A stretch of 64,000 nt of DNA, taken from assembly GCF_023055435.1 (NCBI RefSeq), contig NW_025964001.1:32984001-33048000 (forward strand), given 5' to 3'. Positions 61,837-64,000 of this stretch are shown here, piece by piece. The notes beneath the pieces are model-generated. The model was not told the origin of the DNA, did not search any database, and worked only from the letters and a program-made list of their open reading frames with translations. A program made the position numbers and the translations under genes. Numbering within the stretch: position 1 is the first letter of the stretch; each line of letters starts with the position of its first letter. Source of the DNA: Haliotis rufescens. Its lineage: Eukaryota.

Positions 61837-64000
61837 ATCTCCGGCCTGTGTGTCATGCATCTACTCGTGGTGGTGTATCCAACAGGGAAGAAGAACGCTC
61901 ACAACGGTTCGAAAGAAGGGATTATTATATTGGCAAAACCCGTGAAAGACGTCTTTGTTCGATGAATTGCAAAATCATAGCACCGAGTTTTCCCTATACG
62001 ATAACATATACGATGAGCTAAATTTAGTTACGAGGGTTGATTGATAAGATTTGAGCCTCACGAAGAATTGAGTAAGAGTGAAATCTTTCCTTGAGGACAT
62101 TACATGTCATAGAGGCATATTCACAGTACACGCGTCCTTTGAGCAATATGTTTCGCTGTGACAAGTCAGTAAAATAAGGAGGGTCTGTTGAACAAAAGCC
62201 TTTCTGGATCAGCTTCAAACAGAGATAGATTAGCACGAGACACGTTGTGCTTGGTGCGTTTTTGATCAGATGTCAGAAGCTTTGGAACCCAACGATTTGA
62301 TACTTTCTTCATTGCCAGAGTTTCTGTGAGATACTCTGTCCTGGGAAATGATTACTGAACGAGCAATACGACGCCCAGATTTAAACTTTGCGGCCCACCT
62401 CTTTACAGTTGTATAGAAAGTAGCATCCATTCCTTCGTACATACCTCAGCTCAATATTGCATGCTTTCCAACAGAGGAAGAGACTATCCTCCCCATTACT
62501 TAGTTCCTTTCCTTCAACAGTTAAGCGAATCTTCATAACCTAAACTTCGTTTCTGTGTCTTCACTTTGCATGTCTTTATGACGGGTGCCACATGTGGGGC
62601 AAGATACGCTCACCTTTTCGCGAACACCTGATATCATCACTATTTGATAGTCATTGCTTAACATAAGCAAATGATATGCTCAGAGTCGTACATTACTAAA
62701 TTCGTAGCCTGCAACGGCGTTGTACATACTCTACGGACAACGAGTTCCAGTTTGGCTTGTAATGTTCCATCTTGAGGTCACAAAGAGCATCTGCTGAAAA
62801 TGGCAACACAGTCATGGCTGATGAAAAAATGAGTTATAAGCGTGAAACTTGTCATTACACATACATGCTGTCGACAATGTTTGATGGGCAGTCAATCGGG
62901 TGCTCTAAAGGATATATACGGTTCGTTTTTGTTCATCTTATTTGAAATCCCGGTTAAAATCACGCTCAAAATGTCTGACGCTGCAAATCATTCTCGCTGC
63001 ACGGTCAGCGATCTAGTTTATCGAAAAAGCTAAATAGCTTATCGTAAAGGTAACGTGCGACCTTATTTTCTGTGTTTAATGATCATTAAACATAATCCAC
63101 ATGAACGCAAAACATTTCGTTATTAACTATGTCAGCTGAGGGAAAATCGTCCAACTGTGCCCTTCATACTGTGGTCAGCCTGAACCATGTGAACTTACAC
63201 GTTCGTTCATTCGGCGAAAGAGATGATCAGCTGTATGTGCATATTTAAAATAAGATAAGTTAACTATTTTTTGCTAAAAAGCTTCAGCGTTTGATAATAC
63301 AATTACAAATCAACATTACATCTGGATGTTTTCCTTTGTTTGCAATAATCACGGTCCTAACGTTTGTTTATTGATTAACGACGCATTCAGCAATAATCCA
63401 GCTGTATAACGGCGGGTTGTAAATAATCTGGACCAGACAATCAAGTTATCTTTATCCGTAGAAATCATTTCCAACTGAAGAAGGAAAAGAACAAACTTAA
63501 AGAAATAATTAGTAGCATATTACACCTATCAAGAGAAACAGGTCAGTGTTCAAAAACAAATATGCGTCTTGTTTATTTCCAAATGACTGAATGTATACTC
63601 TATATTAACCATGAATATGTTGCATTGCTGTGTTGAGGGTCTCCTTGAGAAGGACATTCGGGTTATATTTAAGTTATCGATTTGCGAAGTGACTTAAGTT
63701 TAATTAACTATTATATTATGCTTATTTAGTAGTCATGATCACCAGCCTAGACAAGCATGTAGGGGGCACGTGTGTCTTTGGTGCCACTATTCGGTGTGCA
63801 GAGCGGCGACCCTTTGGCACACCAGAAACCTATAATTGTGGGTTCGTATTCTGGTTTCTCCCCAATTGTGTTTCCAGGTTTGCCAGCACCATGCTCGTGC
63901 TCCTGGATTCCAAAGTTGTAACCTGCAATACCTCCTGACAAGCAGTGATATAACTGTAATACTGTTAAAAACGGTATTTAACCCAACTAACTCACTCACT

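Noticed and set aside
61980-61995. NF-kB-like site upstream of the receptor
   Set aside because: Imperfect match, not conserved in B, and expected by chance.

Overview
AT-rich, intron-containing animal DNA with no prokaryotic features. The SINE, Tc1/mariner, Penelope and HINE repertoire suggests a marine mollusc, possibly an abalone-like gastropod (inference). Left part: a + strand gene with a single coding exon (5480-6931) for a TRIM-like RING-HC plus beta-propeller protein with no intact B-box or coiled-coil. From about 18 kb to the end: a tandem segmental array of three paralogues of a 10-exon minus-strand gene, which the ORF track shows only in fragments. Reconstructed by hand from GT-AG sites and exon phases, copy C (61836->49059) is intact and encodes a 626-aa type-I membrane protein. 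It comprises a signal peptide, a C-type-lectin-like domain with a WSC domain apparently inserted in its long loop, a second CTL-like domain, an S/T/P stalk, a TM helix, and a ~240-aa tail with 14 tyrosines including a canonically spaced ITAM (YDGL-x8-YSVI). This is a candidate Dectin-1-like, ITAM-signalling pattern-recognition receptor family. Copy B (41196->32341) carries three frame-breaking lesions and lacks the tail exon. Copy A (27984->22011) lacks exons 2-3, the TM exon and the tail. The paralogues are mosaics, hypervariable in the CTL C-terminal exons. The rest is TE-derived: four SINE families, Tc1/mariner, LINE and Penelope relics, MITEs, satellites, and a probable minimal hammerhead ribozyme.
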